A stretch of 64,000 nucleotides of DNA, from positions 85,377 through 149,376 of the forward strand of contig JAUVXJ010000003.1 of NCBI GenBank assembly GCA_030603665.1, in the 5' to 3' direction. The notes below the pieces were generated by a model. It saw only the letters and a program-made list of their open reading frames with translations. It made no database searches and had not been told where the DNA came from. The DNA comes from Chloroflexota bacterium (lineage in GTDB: Bacteria; Chloroflexota; Anaerolineae; UBA7937; B3-Chlor). The first letter of the stretch is position 1. The number at the start of each line of letters is the position of its first letter. The translations under genes were made by a program, and so were the position numbers. Of this stretch, positions 37,425 to 47,426 are shown piece by piece.

Positions 37425-37437
37425 CAAGTTAAACTTG
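37425..37437. promoter_or_regulatory. perfect palindrome CAAGTTaAACTTG in the GntR / surface-protein divergent intergenic region
   Basis: 6-bp arms around a single central nt. Confidence 0.3.
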
Positions 37438-37577
37438 GCCGTCCCAACTCAGAAGTGTGCTGCTTTCGGTTGAAGAGTGAATGCGGTGCTGGATTCCCTT
37501 GGCATTCTTGAGGACTAAGCCATGGATCAAGATCACAAGTGCTGTTCCGATAGGCAGGGCGGCAGCACCACTCCTCT

Positions 37578-37606
37578 TTGCCCTGCCTCTGCTCCCATGG
37601 TACAAT
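37578..37606 (+). promoter_or_regulatory. promoter TTGCCC-N17-TACAAT for the 37652 gene
   Basis: Hexamers at 37578-37583 and 37601-37606. The ATG lies 46 nt downstream. Confidence 0.4.
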
Positions 37607-37651
37607 GCCTCTCGATTCTCTTGTAGCTCTTTCTTACCAGGAGGGATGGGA

Positions 37652-39523
37652 ATGAAGAAGAGAGGCATAGTGGCGCACTCACTGTCCGTGGCAGTCATCT
37701 TTCTGGGCATCGTAACGAGCGTGGCGCTGGCAGCTCCTCCGGAGACGCCCCCCAATGCGATCACCATCGCCGGCAGCCCCCTGCGGATCGAAGTCGGCCA
37801 CAACATGAGCATTCAGGTGTACCACCAGAACTACGAACACGGGGCGACCTACGGCGATGCCGACAGCGGCCCGGCCTGGTACATCGATGGCCAGATCTAT
37901 GGGCCGGACCTGCTATCCCACGGAGACTCTGCGGCCTTCAATTCCAGCGAGCTGACCTGGATCGATCACCGAGGGCCTTCGGGGTCGGGCACGCTAGGGG
38001 ATCCCTGGCGCGTAGAGACGACCGGCCAGTTGAGCACCGGTACGTCCACTCTGGACGTGACGCAGCTAATCTCCTACGTGAATGGCCGCAACTACTTCCA
38101 GCTGGACTGGACCATGACCAATCGCGGGGGAGGTCAGAGCTGCTTCAAGTTCTACCACGCCGCCGACATCTATTTCGCCAACGACGACTACGGGTTCGGC
38201 TACTATGACGCTGGATCGGGCTCGGTAGGTGGATACGACGAGAATCGCACCTGGTTCATGGTTTTCGCACCAATCACGCGGCCGGACCGATACAGGGAAG
38301 CCTACTATGACAGCATCTGGGAGGATGTTCAGTCAGGCAGGGATCTGGACAACACCATCGACGCCGAGTACTTAGACAACGGCATCGGTCTGCAATGGAA
38401 CCTCTGCCTTGCGGCCGGCGAGACCCAGACAATCAGCAACCTGTGGAGCTTCGGCCAGAGCGAGGCCGAGGTCATCCCCACCGTGGTCGCCCGAGCGACG
38501 CCTGAGGGGCCCGGGGCGGTGGATGTGATGGTCAGGGATCACATCAACGACGACGGCTCAGTCCCTTCCAACCCTAACGGTGAACCCTTCTGGATGAGTC
38601 CGGATGTCATCGTCCGCCACGAGGCCGACGGCAGAACGGGAGAGACCGATTTCCAGAACCCCACCTTCGGTCAGACCAACTACATCTACGTCACGGTGCG
38701 TAACATCGGTACCGAGAACGCGTCCAACGTTAGGGTCAACGTCTATTGGGGCGACCCTGCGCTCCTCCTCGCCTGGCCTGACAGCTGGAACTTCATCGGC
38801 GCAGCGACTGTGGACGTACCGGCAGGAGGGCGATCCGTCACTCCAGAGATCGCCTGGACGAACCTTCCCAGCCCTGGACATCGGTGCCTCTTGGTCCGAT
38901 TGGAGTCTGACCAGGACCCCATCCGCGATGAGGGAAACGTTCCAGGGGACAATAACATCGCTCAGCGCAACCTGCACATCCTGGAGCTGCCCCGCGGCGC
39001 GGATTCCAGCACGGGCAGCGAGGATGTGGAGGCGATTGCCGTCGGTCCTCCCAACGCCGAGACGGCCCAAGTTGACATCGCCGTCCAGTATCCGGATCTG
39101 CCTCCTGGCGCCCAACTGATCATCCGCATAGAAAGGGACCTGTTCGACCGCTGGATGCAGGCCACAGGCGGCGATGTGGTCAACGGGACCGTTCGAGGTG
39201 AGGAGATTATCGCCACCGGCCCCGACGAGACCATCATCCGCGACCTGCCCCTGAACCCAGGGGAGCAAGCGCCAATCACCATCCACATCGACGCTCCCAT
39301 CGCAGACCCCTTCAGTTTCCAGGTTGTGGAGAGAGTGAACGGAGTGGACACAGGGGGCAATGTGTACTGGCACACCGCCCTGCTGCCTGAGCCCACACCG
39401 GAGACCGGCGACGACGGCGTCGATCTGCCTGAGATCAAACTGCCCAGCGAGCTCACCTGCACTATCCCTTGCTTCGGGGCGATACTGCTCACGCTGTTGG
39501 TGCTGTGGTTGATCAGGCCATAG
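37652..39523 (+). CDS. large secreted/cell-surface protein with signal peptide and C-terminal TM anchor, hypothetical
   Basis: SD AGGAGGG is 6 nt before ATG 37652 (MKKRGIVAHSLSVAVIFLGIVTSVALA). The protein ends ...CFGAILLTLLVLWLIRP. Internal beta-rich regions, no family assigned. Confidence 0.55.
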   Translation: MKKRGIVAHSLSVAVIFLGIVTSVALAAPPETPPNAITIAGSPLRIEVGHNMSIQVYHQNYEHGATYGDADSGPAWYIDGQIYGPDLLSHGDSAAFNSSELTWIDHRGPSGSGTLGDPWRVETTGQLSTGTSTLDVTQLISYVNGRNYFQLDWTMTNRGGGQSCFKFYHAADIYFANDDYGFGYYDAGSGSVGGYDENRTWFMVFAPITRPDRYREAYYDSIWEDVQSGRDLDNTIDAEYLDNGIGLQWNLCLAAGETQTISNLWSFGQSEAEVIPTVVARATPEGPGAVDVMVRDHINDDGSVPSNPNGEPFWMSPDVIVRHEADGRTGETDFQNPTFGQTNYIYVTVRNIGTENASNVRVNVYWGDPALLLAWPDSWNFIGAATVDVPAGGRSVTPEIAWTNLPSPGHRCLLVRLESDQDPIRDEGNVPGDNNIAQRNLHILELPRGADSSTGSEDVEAIAVGPPNAETAQVDIAVQYPDLPPGAQLIIRIERDLFDRWMQATGGDVVNGTVRGEEIIATGPDETIIRDLPLNPGEQAPITIHIDAPIADPFSFQVVERVNGVDTGGNVYWHTALLPEPTPETGDDGVDLPEIKLPSELTCTIPCFGAILLTLLVLWLIRP

Positions 39524-39633
39524 AGTGAAGCAGAATGCTATGCGCCCGCTTGGCGTGGGCCTTAGCCTGAACTTCCATAAGGAGACTGCCGGGCTGTCCT
39601 CTGGACGAGTAGGCATTCGTGCAGCTGCCGGGT

Positions 39634-40821
39634 CTAAGGCGGCACCATGGTAATACATCCCTCCACCGGGCACACGTGTGTGCAAAGGGAGCAGCCATCG
39701 CACCTCTCGATCACCACCCGAGGGTACACCTCCCGGCTCTCCATCTCGATAGCCTGCCAGCCCCCGTCCATGCACGCGGTGTGGCACAGCCCGCACCTGC
39801 TGCAGAGAGCCTCGTCGATCGCAGCTACCACCTTGTGCGCAAAGTCCAACTCCTCATGCGCCGTGATCTTGGGCAGGATCTCACCTCTCATCTCACCCAA
39901 GGACTGGAATCCCTTCTCATCCATGTAGGCAGAAAGGCCCTTCTTCATCTTCTCCACTGTCCCATAGCCCTGCAACATGACCGCCGTGCACACCTGCACC
40001 GTCGAGGCGCCCACCAGTATGTACTCCGCCGCATCCTGCCACCTGCCGATGCCGCCGATGCCCGATAGCGGAATACCCGTCCCCTTCGCCAACTGAGCGA
40101 TACAACGCAGACCTATAGGCTTGATCCCAGGCCCTGAGTAGCCTCCCAAGGCTGAGGTTCCCCCCACCGACGGCAAGGGCTCCAGTCGGTCGAGATCTAC
40201 TCCGATGAGCGCCGAGACCGTATCTATGGCCGCAATAGCGTCGGCTCCAGCTTCCTCGCAGGATCTACCTATCTGTGCAATGTCGGTCACATTCGGGGTG
40301 AGCTTGACCATCACCGGCACCGTAGCTATCTCCTTTGCCCACCGTGTGATCTCTCCGGCGATGGTGGGGTCTTGGCCCTGGATTGAGCCCATCCCCTTCC
40401 CCGGCATGCCATGGGGGCAACCGAAGTCGAGCTGAACACCGTCTACACCGGCTTCTTCAACCTGCTTGATCAAGGAGTGCCACTCCTCTCTCACGACTCC
40501 GGCCGTCAGACTGGCGAAAAGCACGTGATCGGGATAATGGCGCTTGATATCCTCGATGTCCTTGACCCACACGTCAAGCTCGCGCTGGCTGACTAGTTCG
40601 ATGTTCTCCAGGCCGATGGTCTTATTAGCCATCACCAGACGCGCCAAACGAGGCCGGGCGTCGACGGCTGGTTGTAGGGCGATACTCTTGGTCACGGCTC
40701 CGGCCCACCCCGCCCCAAAGGCCCTCTGGATCATCTCCCCGGTCGCCGTTGGAGGGGCTGGAGCCAACATGAAGGGATTCATCAACTGGAGGCCTGCGAA
40801 TTCAACCTTCAGATCGGCCAT
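39634..40821 (-). CDS. PreA-like FMN/Fe-S dehydrogenase (DHODH fold + 2x[4Fe-4S]), paralog 2
   Basis: 395 aa. NFGCPHGMPGKGMG active-site region (Cys). C-terminal CSRCGLCHTAC...CDGCSLCTHVCP. Confidence 0.7.
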   Translation of the reverse strand: MADLKVEFAGLQLMNPFMLAPAPPTATGEMIQRAFGAGWAGAVTKSIALQPAVDARPRLARLVMANKTIGLENIELVSQRELDVWVKDIEDIKRHYPDHVLFASLTAGVVREEWHSLIKQVEEAGVDGVQLDFGCPHGMPGKGMGSIQGQDPTIAGEITRWAKEIATVPVMVKLTPNVTDIAQIGRSCEEAGADAIAAIDTVSALIGVDLDRLEPLPSVGGTSALGGYSGPGIKPIGLRCIAQLAKGTGIPLSGIGGIGRWQDAAEYILVGASTVQVCTAVMLQGYGTVEKMKKGLSAYMDEKGFQSLGEMRGEILPKITAHEELDFAHKVVAAIDEALCSRCGLCHTACMDGGWQAIEMESREVYPRVVIERCDGCSLCTHVCPVEGCITMVPP

Positions 40822-41008
40822 CCCTCACCTCCTCTGCCACCAAGCGGCGACGATCCGTCCATCGGCCCCAAGCTTGTTTTCCCAGGGGGATCTGTATCGT
40901 GGATGTCGAAACGATTCAGCGGGGCCTCGTGACAGTGCTACTGACTATGGCGCGAACACCGTCCGTCGTGACCTGCTGGCGCAAGCCAGTGGTGGCGGCC
41001 ATCCATAT

Positions 41009-42382
41009 CTACACGCGCTTTCGCCTCAGAAACTGACCAGACCCTGCCTCGCCCAGAAACTGGCCATCTCTGACTATGATCTTGCCTCTCTGCATAGTCA
41101 GGACAGGGTACCCTCTCACGGTGATGTGGTCATAGGGGCTGTGATCCACATTCATGTGCAGGTTTTCCACACTGAGGCGAACCTCCTTCTGGGGGTCGAA
41201 GACGACCAGGTCCGCATCTGCCCCAATCGAGATAGTGCCTTTCTGAGGAGCCAGGCCGAATAGGCGCGCAGGATTGGTGGAGACCAGCTCCACAAACTTG
41301 TTCACGGAGAACCGGCCTTCGTTGACCCCGAAGTGGTACATCAAGGGCACTCGGGTCTCCACGCCAGGCATGCCGTTGGGTATCATGGAGAAATCGTCCT
41401 TGCCCATGTCCTTCTGGCCGACGAAGTTGAAGGGGCAGTGGTCGGTGCTTACCACCTGCAAGTCGCCCGACATTAGCCCTTGCCAAAGCGATTCCTCATT
41501 GCCCTCATCTCGTAGCGGGGGGGACATTACGTACTTCGCGCCTTCGAAGTTGGGCAGTCTGTAATGCTCGATGTTGAAGAAAAGATACTGAGGGCAAGTC
41601 TCGGCCAGAACGCGCTGCCCCTTATCCCGGGCCTCTTTGATCTTCTCCAGGGCCTGAGCCGCACTCGTATGAACGATGTAGATAGGGGCCTTGGCCAGAG
41701 CGGCCAGGCTGGCGGCCCGGCCGACGGCCTCGGCCTCAGCCTCGGGGGGATGGCTCAGGGCGTGCCAAATCGGCTCCTTCTTGCCCTCGGCCAGGTGCTG
41801 ATTGATGAGGTGGTGCAAGACATCGCCGTTCTCGGCGTGCACCATGATCAGCGCTCCAAGGTCTCTGGCCTTCAGAAGGGACTTGAAAAGGGTTTCATCG
41901 TCCACCATGAACGCACCCTTGTAGGCCATGAAGAGTTTAAAACTGGTAATGCCCTGCTCCACCAGCTCAGCCATCTCCACATTCATCACTTCGTCGGTCA
42001 TGTCCCCTATGGCCACGTGGAAGCCATAGTCGATGGCCGCCTTGTCCTTGGCTCGGGCCATCCAGGTCTCCAGGGCCTGGTGTAGACTCTCTCCCTCCCC
42101 CTGGATGGCGAAGTCTACGAAGGTCGTGGTGCCCCCAAATGCTGCGGCGATGCTCCCGGTCTCGAAATCGTCCGCCGACACGGTGCCCATGAAAGGCAGC
42201 TCGAAGTGGGTGTGGATGTCGATGCCTCCGGGGAACACGTAGTTGCCCTGGGCATCGATGGTCTCTGCGCCCTCAAGATGCAGGCCCAGCGCCGCGATCT
42301 TCCCCTCTTTGATGCCGATGTCGGCCTGGTATGTCTCCGTGGCCGTAGCAATGATCCCATTCGTGATTACAGTGTCCATCAT
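41009..42382 (-). CDS. dihydropyrimidinase / D-hydantoinase (cyclic amidohydrolase)
   Basis: PGGIDIHTHF metal-binding motif, carboxylated-Lys region, length ~458 aa. Start chosen at MMDTVITNGII. The upstream ORF-track extension (MAAPFAHTC...) is antisense to the preA paralog 3' end. Confidence 0.85.
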   Translation of the reverse strand: MMDTVITNGIIATATETYQADIGIKEGKIAALGLHLEGAETIDAQGNYVFPGGIDIHTHFELPFMGTVSADDFETGSIAAAFGGTTTFVDFAIQGEGESLHQALETWMARAKDKAAIDYGFHVAIGDMTDEVMNVEMAELVEQGITSFKLFMAYKGAFMVDDETLFKSLLKARDLGALIMVHAENGDVLHHLINQHLAEGKKEPIWHALSHPPEAEAEAVGRAASLAALAKAPIYIVHTSAAQALEKIKEARDKGQRVLAETCPQYLFFNIEHYRLPNFEGAKYVMSPPLRDEGNEESLWQGLMSGDLQVVSTDHCPFNFVGQKDMGKDDFSMIPNGMPGVETRVPLMYHFGVNEGRFSVNKFVELVSTNPARLFGLAPQKGTISIGADADLVVFDPQKEVRLSVENLHMNVDHSPYDHITVRGYPVLTMQRGKIIVRDGQFLGEAGSGQFLRRKRV

Positions 42383-42389
42383 CGCCCCC

Positions 42390-43595
42390 CTAGGAATGCT
42401 GCGTCGTCTGAAGCGGCACCATGGTAATACATCCCTCCACCGGGCACACGTGTGTGCAAAGGGAGCAGCCATCGCACCTCTCGATCACCACCTGAGGGTA
42501 CACCTCCCGGCTCTCCATCTCGATGGCCTGCCAGCCCCCATCCCTGCACGCGGTGTGGCACAGCCCGCACCTGCTGCAGAGAGCCTCGTCGATCGCAGCT
42601 ACCACCTTGTGGCCAAAGTCCAACTCCTCATGCGCCGTGATCTTGGGCAGGATCTTCCCGCTCATCTCATCTACAGACTGGAAGCCCTTCTCGTCCATGT
42701 AGGCAGAAAGACCCTTCTTCATCTTCTCCACTATCCCGTAGCCCTGCAACATGGCCGCCGTGCACACCTGCACCGTCGAGGCGCCCACCAGTATGTACTC
42801 CGCCGCATCCTGCCACCTGCCGATGCCGCCAATGCCCGATAGCGGAAGGCCCGTCCCCTTCGCCAACTGAGCGACACAACGCAGACCTATAGGTTTGACC
42901 CCAGGCCCTGAGTAGCCCCCCAAGGATGAGGTTCCCCCCACCGAGGGCAAGGGCTCCAGTCGGTCGAGATCTACGCCAATGAGCGCCGAGACCGTGTTGA
43001 TAGCGGAAATGGCATCGGCCCCGGCCTCCTCACACGCCTGGCCTATCTGCACGATGTCCGTGACATTGGGGGTAAGCTTGACCATCACCGGCACCGAAGC
43101 TATTTCCTTTGCCCACCGAGTAATATCTCCGGCGATGGTGGGGTCTTGCCCCTGCACAGACCCCATCCCCTTTGCCGGCATACCGTGAGGGCAACCGAAG
43201 TTCAGTTCCAGACCATCAACACCGGCTTCTTCAACCTGTTTGATCAACGAATGCCACTCCTCGATGGCCACGGCACCCATCAGGCTTGCGAAGAGGATGT
43301 GATGGGGATAATGGCGCTTGATATCCTCGATATCCTTGACCCAGGTGTCCAGATTCCGCTGGCTGATCAGTTCGATGTTCTCCAGGCCGATGGTTCTATT
43401 GGCCATGGCCAAACGCGCCAAACGAGGCCGGGCATCGATCGCTGCTTCCAGCGCAATGGTCTTGGTGATCGCCCCGGACCACCCTGCCTCAAAGGCCCGC
43501 TGGATCATCTCGCCTTTCGCTGTTGGGGGAGCTGAAGCCAACATGAAGGGGCTCATGCAGTTGAGACCGGCGAACTCAATGCCTAGGTCAGCCAT
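42390..43595 (-). CDS. PreA-like FMN/Fe-S dehydrogenase, paralog 3 (~88% aa identity to paralog 2)
   Basis: 401 aa. Near-identical to 39634-40821 over its whole length, including the Fe-S tail. Confidence 0.7.
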   Translation of the reverse strand: MADLGIEFAGLNCMSPFMLASAPPTAKGEMIQRAFEAGWSGAITKTIALEAAIDARPRLARLAMANRTIGLENIELISQRNLDTWVKDIEDIKRHYPHHILFASLMGAVAIEEWHSLIKQVEEAGVDGLELNFGCPHGMPAKGMGSVQGQDPTIAGDITRWAKEIASVPVMVKLTPNVTDIVQIGQACEEAGADAISAINTVSALIGVDLDRLEPLPSVGGTSSLGGYSGPGVKPIGLRCVAQLAKGTGLPLSGIGGIGRWQDAAEYILVGASTVQVCTAAMLQGYGIVEKMKKGLSAYMDEKGFQSVDEMSGKILPKITAHEELDFGHKVVAAIDEALCSRCGLCHTACRDGGWQAIEMESREVYPQVVIERCDGCSLCTHVCPVEGCITMVPLQTTQHS

Positions 43596-43613
43596 CCTTC
43601 ATCTCCTTGAGAA

Positions 43614-44447
43614 CTAGGCGTCGACGATCTTCCCATACGCATCCGGCCTACGATCACGGTAGAACTGCCATTCGTTGCGGACCTGCCTGACTATGTCCAG
43701 GTCCAGGTCGGCCACCAGCACCTCTTCCTCGGTGTCGGAGGCCTGAGCTATGATCTTGCCGCGAGGATCGCAAAAGTAACTGGATCCATAGAAATCATTC
43801 GGCCCTAACTCAGTCTCCTGCCCCACGCGATTGATGGTTCCCACGAAGTAACCGTTAGCGATGGCGTGAGCGGTCTGTTCGATGTGCCAGAGGTGCATTG
43901 ACAGCCCCCGCGACGTAGCGGAGGGCATATACACGATTTCGGCCCCGTTCAGCCCCAGCACGCGCGCGCCCTCAGGAAAGTGGCGATCGTAGCAGATGTA
44001 GACACCTACTCGGCCATACCTGGTCTCGAAGACAGGGTAGCCCAAGTTCCCGGGTCGGAAGTAGAACTTCTCCCAGAAACCAGGTAGTTGAGGGATGTGG
44101 GTCTTACGATACTTGCCCAGCAGCGTCCCGTCGGCATCGATGACCGCTGCGGTGTTGTAGTAGATGCCCGGGGCATCCTCCTCATAGAGAGGCAGAACCA
44201 GAACCATGGAGTGCTTCTTCGCCACCTCCTGCATGCGTTCGGTCGTGGGTCCTGGGATCGGCTCGACGTGGTCGTACCATTTGGTGTCTTGAACCTGACA
44301 GAAGTAAGGACCGGAGAACAGCTCCTGCAAGCACGTGATCTGGGAGCCTTGACCGGCTGCCTCTTCGATGAGCTCAAGGTGCTTGACGATGTTCTCTTCC
44401 TTGTCCAGGCTACCCGTAGTCTGGATCAGAGCACTTCGCACAATCAT
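43614..44447 (-). CDS. carbon-nitrogen hydrolase family: N-carbamoyl-D-amino-acid amidohydrolase / beta-ureidopropionase-like
   Basis: 277 aa. Nitrilase-superfamily pattern with the E-K-C catalytic triad context (ITCLQELF...; YRKTHIP...; ICYDRHFPE). Confidence 0.75.
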   Translation of the reverse strand: MIVRSALIQTTGSLDKEENIVKHLELIEEAAGQGSQITCLQELFSGPYFCQVQDTKWYDHVEPIPGPTTERMQEVAKKHSMVLVLPLYEEDAPGIYYNTAAVIDADGTLLGKYRKTHIPQLPGFWEKFYFRPGNLGYPVFETRYGRVGVYICYDRHFPEGARVLGLNGAEIVYMPSATSRGLSMHLWHIEQTAHAIANGYFVGTINRVGQETELGPNDFYGSSYFCDPRGKIIAQASDTEEEVLVADLDLDIVRQVRNEWQFYRDRRPDAYGKIVDA

Positions 44448-44916
44448 TTCACCCTCCTTCGCATCCGGGATTGGAGCCAGTGATTTTAGTACAGGAAGCT
44501 AGCTTTGTCAAGTGTAGAGAACGCTTCGGGAGCGTGTCTCACGCCGTGAGGTCGTCTCATTGCTTGAAGACGTGGCGCAAGTCCTTTCATACCGCTACCC
44601 TAGGGCCGTGAGGAGGTGTGGCCATCCAGGTGAGATGACCCTCGAGACACTGTAGCACGTCCGGGCCAGCGAAGCAGCGAGTGCAGCAGCATCGAGTCCA
44701 GGACCGATGGGTTGGATTACTCATTGCCGACCAAATGACGACACCCGGCGAACCTCCTGGAGATCCTGCCTCGCGATCTGAGAGCCCTGCTGAACTAGAG
44801 CGACTGACGGCCGGGGCTGCGCATTGGATCCCAAATCTTGGACTCGGTGAGAGCCATGGTGCAGCACGCGTCCGGCGCTCTCCGCCCGTTCCCCTCGCCT
44901 GCAGGACTGGAGCGTG

Positions 44917-44945
44917 TTGCACGAGCCCCGCATCTTCGCTATGAT
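44917..44945 (+). promoter_or_regulatory. promoter TTGCAC-N17-TATGAT for the C25 peptidase gene
   Basis: Hexamers at 44917-44922 and 44940-44945. ATG at 44967. Confidence 0.4.
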
Positions 44946-44966
44946 AGAAGTGGCGCAGAGAACTGG

Positions 44967-47231
44967 ATGGAGAGCTTGTCACGACGCTCGCGAAGCAGAT
45001 TCCCAACCCTCCGTAGACCTCTCTGCCTGGCAATGGTGGCCGGGACGGTACTCCTTGGTCTCTGTCTACCTCCCCTCTCTCACACCGCTGGCCTTCGGGC
45101 GCACGCCGCACAACAGCTCCAGCAGGATGCCCCACGGGTGGACGTCGTTGAGTCTAGCACGGAGGGCATCACTCTGGACGCCGCGGTGCCTGTGCCACTG
45201 GAAGAAGTCGTCCAGCAGCAGGCCACAAGCTTTCAGCGCCTTACCCTCCAGGGTGCAGGTTCCGTCAGCCAGATCGGCCAGCCAGAACTTCCATCCTTCG
45301 CTCGTTTTGTGGCCATTCCTCGCGGAGCCACAGTTCAGGTCAAGGTGCTGGCAGATGCGATGGAGACCCGCTCGGGCTACCTGCTCTACCCGGCTCAGGA
45401 ACCTCGCTCAGAGCAGGGTGAGGAGCCGGACTTCACCCTGGACCTAGCTGCATACCAGAGTGATGAGTTCCTTCCCTCGGACCTGGTGACGCTGGAAGGC
45501 CCCTACGTCATTCGCGGGGTGCAGGTGGTACTGGTCAGGTTCCATCCCGTCCAGTACAACGCCGCCAATCAGGAACTCAGGGCCCACTCCAACCTGCGCG
45601 TGCGTCTCACCTTCGAAGGTGGGGGCGCGATGCTGTCCGACGAGCGTCTCCGCTCTCGCTACTTCGAGCCCCTTCTGGCCAGGACGCTTCTTAACTACAC
45701 GCAACTGGAGCCAACTGCGCAAAGTCTGGGGTCGAGCTTGAGCAGCGGAACCGGGTGCGACTTTCTGATCATCACCGCGCCTGAGTTCGTGAATCAGGCC
45801 AATCTCCTGGCCGACTGGAAGATCCGCAGAGGTATAGACACTAGGGTTAGAACCACCACCCAGACCGGGCCGACGGCTCCCACCATCCAGAGCTACATCC
45901 AGAACGCCTACGACACTTGGAACCCGGCTCCCTCCTTCGTCCTCTTCCTCGGCGACGCCGAATTCATCCCCACCAACTATGTGACCAAGCACCCTGGCCA
46001 GCAACCACCAGGTTCCTACATCGGCACGGATCTCTACTACGCCACCGTGGACGGCAGCGACTACTTTCCCGACATCAGCACGGGGCGCATCTCCGTGGAC
46101 ACAGCGAACCAGGCGTGGCGCATCGTCAACAAGATCATCAACTACGAGCGATCTCCGCCCTATAGGGCCAGTTTCTACTCCACCGTGGCCCTGGCCGCCT
46201 ACTTCCAGGACGAGAACGTGCCACTGACGCGAGAGGACCGCAAATGGGTGCGCACCTCCGAGGAGATAGGCAGCTATCTTGGCGGCATCGGGTACGATGA
46301 GCAGCGCATCTACTACGCTGAGCCTTGGGTCGACCCATTGTACTACAGTGACGGGAGTTCTCTGCCCTCCTATTTGCGGAGGGAGAATGGCTTCCCCTGG
46401 ATAGGGAGCACGTCAGAAATCGTGAACTCGGTGAACGATGGCCGCTTGATCCTCAATCACCGCGACCATGGGTGGAGAATGATGTGGGCGATACCAGAAC
46501 TCCAGGTGTCCGATGTCCTGGGTCTGACCAATGGCGCCAGGCTGCCCGTGGTGTTCAGCATCAACTGCGAGACCGGCTGGTTTGACAACGAGACCGACAG
46601 CCCTGACCACGGCACGCCCAGTGGCGAGGTCAACTTCGCTGAGGCCTGGCAGCGGAACCAGAACGGTGGCGCCGCCGGGATCGTCGCTCCAACGCGGATA
46701 AGCTACGGCGGCTACAACGACCATCTGGACAAGGGCCTTATCGACGCCGTGTGGCCCGGTTTCCTGTCCTATACCCCCACACCCGGTCCCTTCTCCAACC
46801 CGCAGTACAGAATGGGGCAGGTTCTGAACTATGCCAAGCTGTACATGGCCACCGTGTACGGCGAGAGCACCACACGCCAGATCACCTTCGAGATGTTCCA
46901 CTACTTCGGCGATCCCACAATGGAGATCTGGACCGCCCAACCCTGGAACATGGCTGTGTACCGCTCGCCCCTCTATTTCACCGACGCCACTTCATACACG
47001 GTGGGCGTCCAAGATGGGGCGCTGGTCTCCCTGGTCAAGAACGGCGAGATACTGGGCACGGCGCTCTCGACAGGAGGGGAGGCCACTGTCACCCTATCGG
47101 CGCCGCCGACCTTTGGCACCATCTATCTCACCGTCACCAAGCACAACCGCAGGCCCTACGAGTCCACCGTCCAGGTGGTGACGGAAAACATGTCTCTCCA
47201 GGGGTACGTGCCGCTCGTCCTGGGTCAATAG
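44967..47231 (+). CDS. secreted peptidase family C25 (gingipain-like cysteine peptidase)
   Basis: Signal/Tat-like N-terminus MESLSRRSRSRFPTLRRPLCLAMVAGTVLLGL. C25 hallmarks GCDFLIITAPEFVNQANLLADWKIRRGIDTRV and FVLFLGDAEFIPTNY...GTDLYYATVDGSDYFPDISTGRI. Start at ATG 44967 rather than the ORF-track start. Confidence 0.7.
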   Translation: MESLSRRSRSRFPTLRRPLCLAMVAGTVLLGLCLPPLSHTAGLRAHAAQQLQQDAPRVDVVESSTEGITLDAAVPVPLEEVVQQQATSFQRLTLQGAGSVSQIGQPELPSFARFVAIPRGATVQVKVLADAMETRSGYLLYPAQEPRSEQGEEPDFTLDLAAYQSDEFLPSDLVTLEGPYVIRGVQVVLVRFHPVQYNAANQELRAHSNLRVRLTFEGGGAMLSDERLRSRYFEPLLARTLLNYTQLEPTAQSLGSSLSSGTGCDFLIITAPEFVNQANLLADWKIRRGIDTRVRTTTQTGPTAPTIQSYIQNAYDTWNPAPSFVLFLGDAEFIPTNYVTKHPGQQPPGSYIGTDLYYATVDGSDYFPDISTGRISVDTANQAWRIVNKIINYERSPPYRASFYSTVALAAYFQDENVPLTREDRKWVRTSEEIGSYLGGIGYDEQRIYYAEPWVDPLYYSDGSSLPSYLRRENGFPWIGSTSEIVNSVNDGRLILNHRDHGWRMMWAIPELQVSDVLGLTNGARLPVVFSINCETGWFDNETDSPDHGTPSGEVNFAEAWQRNQNGGAAGIVAPTRISYGGYNDHLDKGLIDAVWPGFLSYTPTPGPFSNPQYRMGQVLNYAKLYMATVYGESTTRQITFEMFHYFGDPTMEIWTAQPWNMAVYRSPLYFTDATSYTVGVQDGALVSLVKNGEILGTALSTGGEATVTLSAPPTFGTIYLTVTKHNRRPYESTVQVVTENMSLQGYVPLVLGQ

Positions 47232-47322
47232 AGCCACACATGCCATAGCGGAGGGTTCAGCAAGGCCACTCCAGTCATCCGGCCACCAGTACCCTTTTCC
47301 CATTTCCGAGAGCCACCAATTC

Positions 47323-47331
47323 TGGTATAAT
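47323..47331 (+). promoter_or_regulatory. extended -10 element TGgTATAAT upstream of the chagasin-papain gene
   Basis: TG at 47323-47324 and TATAAT at 47326-47331. The -35 is weak (TTTCCG). Confidence 0.35.
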
Positions 47332-47426
47332 TGGTCTTGCGGGAGGGTCGATTGAGCCCCCCGCCGGTCTGGCTTGGACTCGGGGGCAGAGAACCCGCAA
47401 TTCCGCGATGGGAGGGTGTATCCTAC

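Noticed and set aside
39513-39698. ORFs beginning MAAPFAHTCARWRDVLPWCR (here, and as the N-terminal extension of the hydantoinase ORF at 42383-42472)
   Set aside because: Both are antisense to the nearly identical 3' ends (Fe-S tails) of the two PreA-like paralogs. The apparent conservation only reflects that duplication. The hydantoinase start was moved to MMDTVITNG.
47331-47426. ORF-track start (TTG 47331) of the chagasin-papain gene
   Set aside because: The TTG overlaps the -10 element itself. GTG 47427 follows the SD GGGAGGG and yields a proper signal peptide.
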